This document shows positions 8,325 through 18,748 of a stretch of DNA of 52,193 nt, one piece after another. The number at the start of each line of letters is the position of its first letter. Position 1 is the stretch's first letter. The notes under the pieces were generated by a model. The model made no database searches, was not told where the DNA came from, and saw nothing but the letters and a program-made list of their open reading frames with translations. Location: positions 1-52,193 of IMG/VR virus record IMGVR_UViG_3300027754_000129; one strand, 5' to 3'. This stretch comes from a virus (taxonomy: Duplodnaviria; Caudoviricetes). The position numbers were made by a program, and so were the translations under genes.

Positions 8325-9125
8325 GTGACGAACATAATAGACAGAAAAGTATTAGGAACAGTTTGTCTAATAATTGCAACTTTTCTAAACCCATTTGGGT
8401 TCGACATATTGGTTTTCAAACTGACAGAATTAACAAACAATTATTGGAGTACAATGTACATTCTTTATGGATTGGCATTGGTATCTTTTTCTTTATCTTA
8501 TCTATTCTTTAAGTTAAACAAAAAAATAATTGGAAATACGCTAGTAACAATAGCAATGTTTTTAAACCCACTGGGTTATGATTTAGTGTTATATTCTATT
8601 ACTTTATTGACCAATAACTATTGGATAACAATAAGTATTATGTATGTCTTATCAGCGATATTTTTTGGTTTATTCATTTTTTTATATGGGTTAAACCCTA
8701 TAAAACAAACACATAATAAAATAAAAGCAAACTTTAATAAAATGGGAAAAACGTTTGATGAGTTATATAATGACTTTTTTAATAAAGGTGGTGATAAAAA
8801 GAGTAGAAAGATTGATTCGTTAAGAACTAAAATAACTGACTCTAGTGATGTTGAAAAAGAGATTAAAGATTTGGGTAAACCAGATAAGATTGATTTCTAT
8901 AATGATGGGCATTTGTTTTTTGAGAAAAGAATATGGCATACTAAAAATGGTGATATCGTTAAAATAATTGTAAGTGATGAACCAACATTAAACATGTTAT
9001 CGTTTAAAGAAAAATCATTAGATGAAAAATTAGCAGATGCTGTTGAGAATGAAAATTATGAAAAGGCGTGTCATTTACGTGATTTAATTAACATAGAAAA
9101 GACTAAGAAAATTAAAAAAAGTTAA
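8325..9125 (+). CDS. Membrane protein with a tandemly duplicated TM hairpin and C-terminal UVR (UvrB/C) motif
   Basis: Two FLNP.G.D......LTNNYW repeats; C-terminal LDEKLADAVENENYEKACHLRDLI. Confidence 0.7.
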   Translation: MTNIIDRKVLGTVCLIIATFLNPFGFDILVFKLTELTNNYWSTMYILYGLALVSFSLSYLFFKLNKKIIGNTLVTIAMFLNPLGYDLVLYSITLLTNNYWITISIMYVLSAIFFGLFIFLYGLNPIKQTHNKIKANFNKMGKTFDELYNDFFNKGGDKKSRKIDSLRTKITDSSDVEKEIKDLGKPDKIDFYNDGHLFFEKRIWHTKNGDIVKIIVSDEPTLNMLSFKEKSLDEKLADAVENENYEKACHLRDLINIEKTKKIKKS

Positions 9126-9526
9126 TTATCTTTTTTAATGACACGATTTACATAACCACATAATGGTTGAAAATTGGTGTAATGGTTAAGCCTAATAATA
9201 TCGTCTTGAGTAATAGCATTAACTAGTGGTTCTATATGGTCAATATCCCAACCATAGTTAATAGTACCATTATACAGTCCTTTATTTTCCCATGTCATCC
9301 ATACTTGACCATTTTCGGTTAAATTATTAGGTGATGACCATTGTTTTTCTAAATGAATCTTAAATTCTTCAAAAGAGCACCCAAGTATTTCTTGTGTTTT
9401 GCTAGTTTTTTTATAACCATTACGTGTAAAACTATTACCAATTAATGTTCTAATTCTAATAGATAAACCAAATAATATATCAATACATTTACGATTTTTC
9501 ACGTATTCTTTTTGTTTTTTATTCAT
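9122..9526 (-). CDS. HNH-like endonuclease (LGCS...WDIDHI.P...LNHYTN.QPL type)
   Basis: Motifs as named; antisense insertion. Confidence 0.8.
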   Translation of the reverse strand: MNKKQKEYVKNRKCIDILFGLSIRIRTLIGNSFTRNGYKKTSKTQEILGCSFEEFKIHLEKQWSSPNNLTENGQVWMTWENKGLYNGTINYGWDIDHIEPLVNAITQDDIIRLNHYTNFQPLCGYVNRVIKKDN

Positions 9527-9548
9527 ATTTATAATAAAAATAGATATC

Positions 9549-10934
9549 ATGATAAAAAAATTGTTGAATGAGTCATTATTAAGCGTTTATAGGAATGAAA
9601 AATTAAATGAAGGGGCAAAAGACCACCCAGATGCAATAGCTTCTTGTGTGTCTCCTGAGCAATTAGCAAAAGAAATGAATGCTGAATTAAATAGGAAACA
9701 AACTGGTGAAAAAGAAAGAGTTGCCTTGGGAACAAAAAAGGTAATATATCATCAAAAACATATAGAAAATTATTTAACTAAAGTTGATGGTGAGTATGAT
9801 GTTTTCAGATTAAATCCACCAGAAAAAACAAGTACTGGTAAAATAAGCAAAAAACCTAGGAAAGTTAATTATAATCTTATTATAGGTTCATATAATAAAG
9901 AGTTAGGGTTTATACCTAGCGAAGCTGGTTTGAAACTTGGATATGTAAGTGGTGAAAACACTCCTACAGATACTGCAATGGCTGAAACAGCTGTTTTAAA
10001 TGTTGAAAAGTTTAAAAACTTAATAAGTAAAGAACCTAGTAAGATATTTGATAGAAACCCTAAAATGGAGAAAAGTGATAAAGGAAGAAATCAATATACT
10101 ATAAACACTGGACTACCAGCAATAAAAGGAATCATTTTTGATGAAGATGATAATGAATTCAAACATATAAACACATGTCCAGGTGCTGGTGAATGTCAAT
10201 TGGTGTGTTACGCTAGAGGTGGTTTTTATGGTATGAACGATGGTAAGATTATAAAATTAATTAGACGACTTAATCTGCTTTGGAATAATCCTAAACGTTA
10301 TTATCAATTAGTTATGGAAGAGTTAATTAGTGCTGCTAGTTCAAAACAAACACCTAAAGCATCATGGGATTTTAATGATATTGATGATGTTACTACTAAA
10401 AATGAAGGTCCACAATTAGTTATAAGATGGAATGATGCTGGTGATTTTTTTGATGAAACATATTTTAAAATAGCTATGTCTGCAACAAAACAATTAGTTA
10501 AGTTAGGGTATGATGTTAAATCTTATGCATATACCAAACAAGCAAAATATATAGATTTAGCTGGTGAAACTATGGTTATGAATTTTTCTAAAGGGTCTAT
10601 ATCTAGTGAATTAGAAAAAGTTGATTTAGAAAAAGTTAAATTTTCAGATATAGTACCAGAAGATTTATTCAAACAAGTATTCGTTTATAAAGGGCCACAT
10701 ATACAAGTAGATAATGATGACTTACCAATTTTCAAACAAGGTGGAAAAGAATTATTAAGACAACTAATGGCAAAAGAATATAATATTCCGATTGATAGGT
10801 TAAAGTATCAATATGAATTACCACCAAAAGAAAGTGATAAATTTAAATATGATGTAATTGTGTTGCCTAAAGGGGATAGTGACATAAGTGCTCAAAGAAA
10901 TGACGTACATAAAACATTTTTATTAGTACATTAA
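9549..10934 (+). CDS. Gp88-family (radical-SAM-like Cys motif) protein with a capsid-targeting-like leader
   Basis: TCPGAGECQLVCYA, IRWNDAGDFF, YAYTK; leader MIKKLLNE...KLNE; TATTTAT at 9526. Confidence 0.7.
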   Translation: MIKKLLNESLLSVYRNEKLNEGAKDHPDAIASCVSPEQLAKEMNAELNRKQTGEKERVALGTKKVIYHQKHIENYLTKVDGEYDVFRLNPPEKTSTGKISKKPRKVNYNLIIGSYNKELGFIPSEAGLKLGYVSGENTPTDTAMAETAVLNVEKFKNLISKEPSKIFDRNPKMEKSDKGRNQYTINTGLPAIKGIIFDEDDNEFKHINTCPGAGECQLVCYARGGFYGMNDGKIIKLIRRLNLLWNNPKRYYQLVMEELISAASSKQTPKASWDFNDIDDVTTKNEGPQLVIRWNDAGDFFDETYFKIAMSATKQLVKLGYDVKSYAYTKQAKYIDLAGETMVMNFSKGSISSELEKVDLEKVKFSDIVPEDLFKQVFVYKGPHIQVDNDDLPIFKQGGKELLRQLMAKEYNIPIDRLKYQYELPPKESDKFKYDVIVLPKGDSDISAQRNDVHKTFLLVH

Positions 10935-10935
10935 T

Positions 10936-10964
10936 AAAAAAAGGAGCCATTGAGCTCCTTTTTT
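10936..10964. terminator. Bidirectional terminator between convergent genes
   Basis: A-run-GGAGC-CATTGA-GCTCC-T-run. Confidence 0.85.
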
Positions 10965-10967
10965 ATT

Positions 10968-11105
10968 TCATCCTTGTCCTCTATTCAATTTTTTATAATT
11001 TTTAGAAGTTTTTAAATTAGACGTTGTTTTCTTTGAGTGAACATTCGGTCTTTTTTTGCTAGCCTTTTTTAATCTAGTCCCTGTTGTAGATGTTTGTTTT
11101 GCCAT
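10968..11105 (-). CDS. 45-aa very basic protein (MAKQTSTTG...KNYKKLNRGQG)
   Basis: Translated by hand; TATTTAT on the minus strand at 11121-11127; ends at the bidirectional terminator. Confidence 0.7.
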   Translation of the reverse strand: MAKQTSTTGTRLKKASKKRPNVHSKKTTSNLKTSKNYKKLNRGQG

Positions 11106-11175
11106 AATAACTTTTTCCTTATAAATACTTGTATTTTAAAATTTTTAGTGGTATATTTGTTAAAAATTAAATGTT

Positions 11176-11430
11176 ATGCAAAATACAATCTACATTGATA
11201 TTAATACTGAAAGAGAAAGACAGGTTTTAATTGGTAAAGGACCTGACACTGAACAACCTGCGACACCAGAAGATGCTAAAGAGATGGTTGTTATAGATAT
11301 TGCTACCATATGTGAAGGTCTTTGTGAATTAATTCATGTAGCTGACCAGAACGGATATGGTTCAAAAGAAGACTTTGTTAGAGTATCAATCGAAAAATTA
11401 AATGCTTTATTAGTTGATAGCGATAAATAA
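11176..11430 (+). CDS. Hypothetical protein
   Basis: ORF with promoter TATATTTG at 11152. Confidence 0.65.
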   Translation: MQNTIYIDINTERERQVLIGKGPDTEQPATPEDAKEMVVIDIATICEGLCELIHVADQNGYGSKEDFVRVSIEKLNALLVDSDK

Positions 11431-11504
11431 TTTATTGATTAATTTTTTTAATTTAAATGTAATTATGGATTAGATTAGTTATATTTATAATTAAAAAAAA
11501 GAGT

Positions 11505-11972
11505 ATGGAATTAGTTACAACTTATTTATGTAAAACTAGTGATATAGGTGTTCATTCTAATATGTTTGGCGGTAATTTGGTTTCATTGATTGACCAAAGC
11601 AGTGCAGCATATGCTGCACAAATATGTGACTCGCCTAGAATGGTTACTTTATCTATTAGTGAAATGTTTTTTAAAAAACCGATTAAGGTCGGTAATATTA
11701 TCAAAATATATGCCAATGTGGTTAAGTTTGGTAATACTTCAATAACTCTTTATATTGAATTAAGAAAACATAACGTATATACAGGTGAACAAGAAGTTGC
11801 AATGAGCACGACTATCGTATTTGTTAGAATAGATGATGAGGGTAGACCCATTCCTATATCTGAAAAAGTTAAAGATAGATATTTTAGTCGTGTTAAAAAG
11901 TTTGGTAAGGGTTTGCTAAGTATGGAAGAAAAAAAAACAGAAACTTATGAGCAAGCCGAATCCAAAAATTAA
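11505..11972 (+). CDS. Acyl-CoA thioesterase (YciA-like hotdog fold)
   Basis: D.G.H.NMFGG.L...ID..A...A; F.KPIKVG; G.TSI; FVRIDDEGRP. Confidence 0.85.
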   Translation: MELVTTYLCKTSDIGVHSNMFGGNLVSLIDQSSAAYAAQICDSPRMVTLSISEMFFKKPIKVGNIIKIYANVVKFGNTSITLYIELRKHNVYTGEQEVAMSTTIVFVRIDDEGRPIPISEKVKDRYFSRVKKFGKGLLSMEEKKTETYEQAESKN

Positions 11973-12183
11973 ATTTAATGGGGGTAACCCAGTTGCTATA
12001 TGCAATAGATGTAGCGTAATTATGTGCTACGTTAATTGTGGTGAAAATTCTGGTGAATTTTGTAAAATTATAGATATAAATCAAGTTAACGGTGTCGATG
12101 TGATATCAACACCTATAGGTAAAAAACCACCAGCATTTTGTAATAGCTGTAATGAATTATTAAACTACTCACTAAATGAATAA
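11947..12183 (+). CDS. Small Zn-binding protein (KFN.G....CN.C family)
   Basis: KFNGGNPVAICNRC...CNSC; related N-termini at 38511 and 41201. Confidence 0.6.
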   Translation: MSKPNPKIKFNGGNPVAICNRCSVIMCYVNCGENSGEFCKIIDINQVNGVDVISTPIGKKPPAFCNSCNELLNYSLNE

Positions 12184-12376
12184 TGAAAAGAAACCAGAAC
12201 AAATAGCTGCTGAGGAAAAAGCAATGGCTATTATTAAATCTTGCACTATGTGTGAGCATTTTAAAAATGCAACACAATATATTGAATTATTTAATAAACA
12301 GTTTAAAGATGTTGATGCTTATTATGTATTAACTTTCGAGTTAGAAGAAAAAAGAAAAGAATTAAATTGTAGGTGA
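12176..12376 (+). CDS. Hypothetical protein
   Basis: ORF overlapping the upstream stop. Confidence 0.6.
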   Translation: MNNEKKPEQIAAEEKAMAIIKSCTMCEHFKNATQYIELFNKQFKDVDAYYVLTFELEEKRKELNCR

Positions 12377-12409
12377 TTACACTTATTAATAAAACAAAAA
12401 ATAGTTTTA

Positions 12410-12910
12410 ATGATTAATATAATAGTTGCAGCATCCACCAATATGGTTATTGGTAAAAATGTCGATTTGCCATGGAATTTACCGTCTGATTTAAAATACT
12501 TCAAAAAAATAACAGAAGGTAAAAGAGTTATCATGGGTAAGAACACATGGAATAGCCTTCCAGAAAAGTTTAGACCACTTCCAAACAGAGAAAATATTGT
12601 TGTTAGCAAAACCAGTAATGGTATGGAATTAAAAGGCGCTTTAGTTGTTGATGATTTAGATGTTATCTTAAAAACGTTTAGCGAATCAAATGAAGATACT
12701 TTTGTTATTGGTGGTGCTCAAATATATAAAGAAGCATTTAAATATGCTCAAAGGCTATATCTAACCCAAATTTATAGCTATGTTGATGGTGATGCTTACT
12801 TAGAAGGTTTAGACCCTATTGATTGGACACTAATCAGTACTAGTGATGTGAAAGTAGAAAACGGTTATAAATTTAGATTCGAAGTATATCAAAAAAAAGT
12901 TGCGATTTAA
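12410..12910 (+). CDS. folA: Dihydrofolate reductase
   Basis: VIG....LPW.LPSDLKYFK..T....IMGKNTWNS....RPLPNRENIV; IGGAQIY. Confidence 0.95.
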   Translation: MINIIVAASTNMVIGKNVDLPWNLPSDLKYFKKITEGKRVIMGKNTWNSLPEKFRPLPNRENIVVSKTSNGMELKGALVVDDLDVILKTFSESNEDTFVIGGAQIYKEAFKYAQRLYLTQIYSYVDGDAYLEGLDPIDWTLISTSDVKVENGYKFRFEVYQKKVAI

Positions 12911-12948
12911 AAAACATTATTGTATCTTTGCTTTATATTAATTAGTAA

Positions 12949-13263
12949 ATGACAGTAGAAAGAAAAAAAGCCGAGTTAAAACCTGTTAATAAGTTAGAAC
13001 CTAAAAAAAGAACACTGGAACCTGAAAAGATAATTGTTCCAGAGCAACAAATCGTTGAAGAAATCATACAAGAAATTGAAGTTAAAGAAATAAAACCAAA
13101 GGTTAAAGCCATTGAGCATAAATATGTTAGGTTATCAATGGATGCTAAGATGGATGAGCGAAAAGATTTTGTTGAAAAGGTTAAGAATGGTGAGTTACGA
13201 TTTGCGTATTATGCGATAGACAATGATAAGGGATATCATTATTACATAGTAATTAAAAAATAA
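12949..13263 (+). CDS. Hypothetical protein
   Basis: ORF with promoter TATCTTTG at 12923. Confidence 0.6.
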   Translation: MTVERKKAELKPVNKLEPKKRTLEPEKIIVPEQQIVEEIIQEIEVKEIKPKVKAIEHKYVRLSMDAKMDERKDFVEKVKNGELRFAYYAIDNDKGYHYYIVIKK

Positions 13264-13280
13264 ACAAATAAAATTAAATT

Positions 13281-13871
13281 ATGAAGTTAGAACAAGTACA
13301 CAATAAATTAGATGAGCTACTTAAAAACCCTAAATCTAAAAATTTTTTAAATCACCTTGTTAAAAGTTATTTACCAGTAACTAACACTAAAAAAGTTATG
13401 GTAAAGCCAAGTTCTGATTTTAAATGTGCTATTAGTGGTGTTGATTTAATATCTGTTAATGAGATTATTGATGAACTTAATGTTATTAATTCTAAAACTA
13501 AACCAGACACTAATTTAACGCCATCAATTAAAACTACTTTTGATGAGAATGGTGATTTTACAATTGAAACATTAGAGATAATTGGTGATAAAAAAATTGG
13601 TGTTACAGGTAAAGATACTAGAACCTATATGTCAATACAAACTTGCCAAGAATTTTTTAAATGGGTAACTATTAAAGTTCTTGAAGGTGATAAACACATT
13701 AATTGGTTAATGGCATCAATTAAACATTCTAATTCTGTTAAGAAACCAGAAGTTAAAAAAGAAGTTAAAAAAACGCCTGAAAAAAATGATGGAAGAGCAA
13801 AGTATCAAATTGGTGATTTGAATGATTCGTTATATAAGCTTAAAATTAAATTAGAAAAAGAAGGTAAATAA
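13281..13871 (+). CDS. Hypothetical protein
   Basis: 196-aa ORF. Confidence 0.65.
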   Translation: MKLEQVHNKLDELLKNPKSKNFLNHLVKSYLPVTNTKKVMVKPSSDFKCAISGVDLISVNEIIDELNVINSKTKPDTNLTPSIKTTFDENGDFTIETLEIIGDKKIGVTGKDTRTYMSIQTCQEFFKWVTIKVLEGDKHINWLMASIKHSNSVKKPEVKKEVKKTPEKNDGRAKYQIGDLNDSLYKLKIKLEKEGK

Positions 13872-13895
13872 ATTTAATAACTAATAATTAACAAT

Positions 13896-15206
13896 ATGTC
13901 AAAAAAAAATAAAACAGATGGAGTAGTTAGGGCATCAGATAGTCTAATAAAAAAAGAATTTATTGGTCTTACGATTGAGGAATTAAGAAACATGAATAAT
14001 ATTGACCTTAATGATGATTATGGTGATGATGATGATGACGATGATTATGTTTGTCAAAGTCACACAGAAGAAATAAGTTACATAGAATTTGCTATAATTA
14101 ATGCTTATCTTCATGATACCTTCAGAAATAAATCTAAACAAATCATCACAACTAATTATGGTCAAGTTGATGGTATTGGAAGGGTTAATTTTGGCGGTGC
14201 TTTTGACCTTACATCATCCTATTGGTTTTCTGTTAAATTTGATAATGATGACAATGAATACATAATACAAACCAAGATGTTTTTGGATAATAGAAACGAA
14301 CTTGTTAATCAATTACATATTAGCGCTAAAAAAGGCATGGTCATTTCAAAATTTGAAAATATGTACAAAAAGATTAAGAATATTTCTTTTAATAATTCAG
14401 AATACAAAGGTAAATGTGTTAAAGTTAAATTAAGAGAAGGAAGATTTAGAGGTATTGAAATTATTGACATTGAAGAGTCTAAAAATGAACTGATTTTAAA
14501 TGATGTACAATTAAAATTCATTGAGCATTTTATTAATCGTGTTGGTAGAGGTGGAAACGCTAGATACCTATTGAATGGTGAGCCTGGAACAGGTAAGACC
14601 GAAACGATACGAGAAATGGCTCGTAAACTTATACCTAATGTAACATTCATCATACCAGACTTTGAAAATACAGATGATTTGACTAGTATCATGGAAGCAT
14701 GTGAGATATTTGAAAACGCTGTTATTGTAATGGATGATATCGACTTATATCTAGGTTCACGTGACAATGGTAGTTATACTCGTTTATTAGGACAATTCTT
14801 ATCATTTTTTGATGGTGTTAAGAAACGTAAAATCAGTCTATTAGCGTCTACTAATGATAAAGGTTTGGTTGATAAAGCAGCTGAAAGACCAGGTAGGTTT
14901 AACTTTACATTAGATTATTCTTTCTTAGATGATAAACAAATTGTTAAAGTTTGTGATATTCATTTGCCTGAACAATGGAGAATAAAAGAAGTTTATGATG
15001 CGTTATCTGGTACTATAAACGGCAAGAAGGTTAAGATTACTGGTGCGTTTATTGCGAACTTAGCTGATAATATAAGAGAAATGTCAGAGGATGATTCTGA
15101 ATGGGGTGTTTCTGATACTATAAGCCTTATAAATGAATCATACAAAGGGTTTTACTCATCACAAGTTGAAAAAGAAAAACAAACAATTGGATTTAATTTA
15201 AAATAA
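13896..15206 (+). CDS. AAA+ ATPase
   Basis: GEPGTGKT, VMDDID, STN, ERPGRF arginine finger, C-terminal IGF. Confidence 0.9.
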   Translation: MSKKNKTDGVVRASDSLIKKEFIGLTIEELRNMNNIDLNDDYGDDDDDDDYVCQSHTEEISYIEFAIINAYLHDTFRNKSKQIITTNYGQVDGIGRVNFGGAFDLTSSYWFSVKFDNDDNEYIIQTKMFLDNRNELVNQLHISAKKGMVISKFENMYKKIKNISFNNSEYKGKCVKVKLREGRFRGIEIIDIEESKNELILNDVQLKFIEHFINRVGRGGNARYLLNGEPGTGKTETIREMARKLIPNVTFIIPDFENTDDLTSIMEACEIFENAVIVMDDIDLYLGSRDNGSYTRLLGQFLSFFDGVKKRKISLLASTNDKGLVDKAAERPGRFNFTLDYSFLDDKQIVKVCDIHLPEQWRIKEVYDALSGTINGKKVKITGAFIANLADNIREMSEDDSEWGVSDTISLINESYKGFYSSQVEKEKQTIGFNLK

Positions 15207-15207
15207 C

Positions 15208-15501
15208 ATGAAAAAATTATTATTTGCTCTTATATTATTTACATCTTGCGATAAAGATGTTATAAAAGGTTGTATTAGATGTGAACAACAAAAGTATTTG
15301 TTACTAAATGGTTATACAGAATATGTTTATGATGGTGAATATCCAAAAATTAGTGAAGGTTGTGATAAAACAGCTCAACAATTGGTTGATACTATAGCAC
15401 ATATACCAACAGTTGTCTTAAATAGGTCATACGAGAGATATGAATTAGATTCCACAACGTTAAAGATGTATAAAATAACCACTAGATGTTATGAAAAATA
15501 A
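15208..15501 (+). CDS. Putative lipoprotein
   Basis: MKKLLFALILFTS-C lipobox. Confidence 0.7.
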   Translation: MKKLLFALILFTSCDKDVIKGCIRCEQQKYLLLNGYTEYVYDGEYPKISEGCDKTAQQLVDTIAHIPTVVLNRSYERYELDSTTLKMYKITTRCYEK

Positions 15502-16090
15502 ATATATTATAATCACGGCAATATGTGTGATGTCACCAATGTTATTGTTGGCTCAAAGTTTTGAAGATTACGTAATAAACAAAGTCAATGAATATAGGAA
15601 GAGTAATGAATTAGCTGAATTAAAAAAATCAGAGGATTATCTTAATTATGATAATATAGAATATTGTTTTGATGTGTCTGAGACAACTGATAGTAATGAA
15701 ATAGATAAACTATATGATAATTATTTTAACAATAATGAAATAAATAATTCTGAGTATTGTATTGCCTATAATGATGGTGGAACTACTTTTAATGATAGGA
15801 GAACAATTAGGGTTAATATGAAAAAATACCCTAATTTTACACCAACAGATTATGAGTTTGATGATGTGATTAATGGTAAATTAGTTTTAAGAGAATTAAT
15901 GAAAGATACTAGTTTTGTTAAGGTATTAAACTTAGGTTCAGATACATCATTAAATAGGTATATATCAGTTGGAAACGCATATTGTATACAAGATGTTAAA
16001 AAAGTAAAAGTTAATAGATTCTGGACTTTATATGATTTCGAGTGTATATATGTAATTAACATAATATTATACGTAAAAAGAATAAATTAA
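15491..16090 (+). CDS. Exported protein, CAP/SCP-like N-terminus
   Basis: Signal peptide ending LLAQ; VINKVNEYRKSNEL..L. Confidence 0.55.
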   Translation: MKNKYIIITAICVMSPMLLLAQSFEDYVINKVNEYRKSNELAELKKSEDYLNYDNIEYCFDVSETTDSNEIDKLYDNYFNNNEINNSEYCIAYNDGGTTFNDRRTIRVNMKKYPNFTPTDYEFDDVINGKLVLRELMKDTSFVKVLNLGSDTSLNRYISVGNAYCIQDVKKVKVNRFWTLYDFECIYVINIILYVKRIN

Positions 16091-16091
16091 A

Positions 16092-16529
16092 ATGATGTCC
16101 AATTGGGATTTAAAATTCATTGATTTATCCAAGCTGGTTTCTACTTGGAGTAAAGACACTAATTCAAAAGTTGGTGCAGTAATAGTAGATGATGACAATA
16201 TTGTGCTTTCAATGGGGTATAATGGGTTCCCTAGAGGCTGTGACGATTCAATAGAAACTAGGTATGATAAACCAACCAAGTATTTGTTTACCGAACATGC
16301 TGAAAGAAATGCTTTATATCATGCAGCTAGACATGGTGTTAGCCTTAAAGATTGTACAATATATGTAACAATGTTTTGTTGTTCTGATTGCGCTAGAGGT
16401 ATAATACAAAGCGGTATTAAAAAAGTGGTTGCACCAACACCAGATGTTGACCATGAGAAATGGGGTATACATTTTAAAGCAGCGATACAGATGTTAGAAG
16501 AGGCTAATGTAGAAATGAAATTTATTTAA
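16092..16529 (+). CDS. dCMP deaminase
   Basis: SKD...KVGAVIV, GYNG.PRG, HAERNA, CSDC. Confidence 0.93.
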   Translation: MMSNWDLKFIDLSKLVSTWSKDTNSKVGAVIVDDDNIVLSMGYNGFPRGCDDSIETRYDKPTKYLFTEHAERNALYHAARHGVSLKDCTIYVTMFCCSDCARGIIQSGIKKVVAPTPDVDHEKWGIHFKAAIQMLEEANVEMKFI

Positions 16530-16530
16530 A

Positions 16531-16728
16531 ATGTTAGAATTTAAAAATCCCATACCAGTAATTGTTGAAGACACTAAAGAAGGGTTTGCAATATATGTTA
16601 CCAATGGTGGTACATTTGAAAATGATATTTGGTGTGTTGTCTTATGTGATGGTGGTTTTGTTAAACATTACAGGTCTGACCAAATTAAAATATATCATAA
16701 CTTAACGTTTGATATCAAAAAAAAATAA
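16531..16728 (+). CDS. Hypothetical protein
   Basis: ORF packed in the operon. Confidence 0.65.
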   Translation: MLEFKNPIPVIVEDTKEGFAIYVTNGGTFENDIWCVVLCDGGFVKHYRSDQIKIYHNLTFDIKKK

Positions 16729-16796
16729 ATATTATTTGTTAATAAGGATAATATTTAGTAATTTCGTATAATTAATAATTAAAAAAAAACAAAAAC

Positions 16797-17159
16797 ATGG
16801 CTGAACACTATTTATTTAATGGGAAAATTAAACAAATTAGCGAAACACAAAGTTTTTCTAATTTTAGAAAAAGAGAATTTGTAGTTACTGAAACTGACAA
16901 TCAATATCCTAGCGATATTAAGTTTGAATTTATTGGCGATAACGCAGATGTTATGGACAATTATAATGTTAACGATTCAGTAACTGTTGCGTTTGTGCTT
17001 AAGGGTAACGAATACAATGGTAAGTATTATACAAATCTTAGAGCAATCGCTATAGGGCCATTGGCTTCTAGCGAAGATAATAAAAAACAAGAAACAGAAA
17101 CCAAAGGTAAAGGAAAACAAACCTTACCAAAAGTAACTGATTATGATTTACCGTTTTAA
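16797..17159 (+). CDS. DUF3127-family single-stranded DNA-binding protein
   Basis: FRKREFVV....QYP..IKFEF, G.EYNGKYYTNL, C-terminal DLPF tail. Confidence 0.85.
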   Translation: MAEHYLFNGKIKQISETQSFSNFRKREFVVTETDNQYPSDIKFEFIGDNADVMDNYNVNDSVTVAFVLKGNEYNGKYYTNLRAIAIGPLASSEDNKKQETETKGKGKQTLPKVTDYDLPF

Positions 17160-17161
17160 TT

Positions 17162-17521
17162 ATGAGTTTAATAACTTTCAAACTAACAGAAACCCACTTA
17201 AAGCTTTTAAAGCATTTAAGATGGAGTATAAACGCAAATGGATTTATTAGTGGTGTTGAGGATGAATCTGAACATCAAGCGCCATTTGGTGAAAATAATT
17301 TATATGATGCCATGGACCTTATACTTAGTGGTAAGCCTTCAGATTTTGACCCATTTAATACAGAAGAAACTAAACAATATTCTGATGAACAGAAAGCTGA
17401 ATGGGATAAATTATATGCTGAACTTGCAACTGCTTTAGATATTATTTTATTTAACGGTCATTTTGAAGTTGGGACTTATGTGACTCAATATCACAATAGG
17501 AACTGGAAAGGTATAAAATAA
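17162..17521 (+). CDS. Hypothetical protein
   Basis: 119-aa ORF. Confidence 0.65.
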   Translation: MSLITFKLTETHLKLLKHLRWSINANGFISGVEDESEHQAPFGENNLYDAMDLILSGKPSDFDPFNTEETKQYSDEQKAEWDKLYAELATALDIILFNGHFEVGTYVTQYHNRNWKGIK

Positions 17522-17732
17522 AAATTGTATGGTGAAAGTTAAATTATCTTTGATTTTTATATTGGTGTTTTTATCATTATCTTTATTAAAATATTTTCTT
17601 TCATCATATGAAATGTTTTCATACTTATTGACATGCATGTCAATCTCTAGTTTTATTGGTATAGTTATTTTTCTTTGGTTTAAGTTAAAGAAAAAATAGT
17701 TCTTATTTATTAATGTTTTTTAAAAATTAAAT

Positions 17733-18734
17733 ATGGTTAATTCAATGTTATTCTGTCTTGATGGCAGAGAATACTTAGCAAATAATATAATTTCATTTGT
17801 TAATGATTACACTCCATCAACATCATCACAAGAAAATGTTATCGAACTAGGTTGTCTAAGAAACCAAAAGTTTTCTGATGGTGAACTATGTGTTGATTTT
17901 ATCGATTCCGTTAGAGGTAAACGCATTTATATTCTATCTAGCCCAAATACATCAGATGAGATTATGAAATTAAATCTTGCAATAGATGCTGCTAAACGTG
18001 GTGCTGCTAAAGAGATAATTGCTGTAATACCTTACTTTCCTTATACTCGTCAAGATAAGAAAGACCAATCACGTGGACCTATTGGTGCTAAAGTTGTTGC
18101 TGAGATGATTGAACATCGTGGTGCTACATCAGTTATAACATATGATTTACACGCTGACCAGATACAGGGGTTTTTTAACATTCCAGTTACACATATTGAA
18201 GGTAAAAATGTATTTGATGATTATATCTATCTATTATTAAATGATAGGTCAAATGACATTATTTTATGTGGTCCAGATGCTGGTTCTGGTAAACGTGTTA
18301 AACGAATGAAAGACCAAATATTTGATAGGTATGGTGTTAATCTTAACTATATTATGTTAGATAAGACAAGGAAAGAAGCTAATGTAGTTGATGAAATGGT
18401 TATAATTGGTGATGTAACAAATAAAGATGTTATTATTTTGGATGACATAGTTGATACTGCTGGTACATTATGTAAAGCTGCTGAAGTTTTGATTAATTCT
18501 GGCGCTAAAAGTGTTAGAGCAATTATTAGTCATGGCGTTTTATCTGGACCTGCTTATAACAGGATAGATGATTCGATGTTAACTGAATTAATTATTAGTG
18601 ATTCGTTAGAATCTATGATACATGAAAAAATAATAGTTGCTAGTGTTGCTAAACAAATAGGTATTGCTATTGCTGCTAGTAATAAGGGATTGAGTTATGA
18701 AGGGTTGAGAACTAGTAAAAAAATAATGTCATAA
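17733..18734 (+). CDS. prs: Ribose-phosphate pyrophosphokinase
   Basis: KFSDGE, PYFPYTRQDKK, DLHADQIQGFF, PDAG, ILDDIVDTAGT, HGVLSG. Confidence 0.95.
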   Translation: MVNSMLFCLDGREYLANNIISFVNDYTPSTSSQENVIELGCLRNQKFSDGELCVDFIDSVRGKRIYILSSPNTSDEIMKLNLAIDAAKRGAAKEIIAVIPYFPYTRQDKKDQSRGPIGAKVVAEMIEHRGATSVITYDLHADQIQGFFNIPVTHIEGKNVFDDYIYLLLNDRSNDIILCGPDAGSGKRVKRMKDQIFDRYGVNLNYIMLDKTRKEANVVDEMVIIGDVTNKDVIILDDIVDTAGTLCKAAEVLINSGAKSVRAIISHGVLSGPAYNRIDDSMLTELIISDSLESMIHEKIIVASVAKQIGIAIAASNKGLSYEGLRTSKKIMS

Positions 18735-18748
18735 ATAATAAAGAATAT

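Noticed and set aside
14012-14048. GAT trinucleotide run
   Set aside because: Simply encodes a poly-Asp linker in the AAA ATPase.
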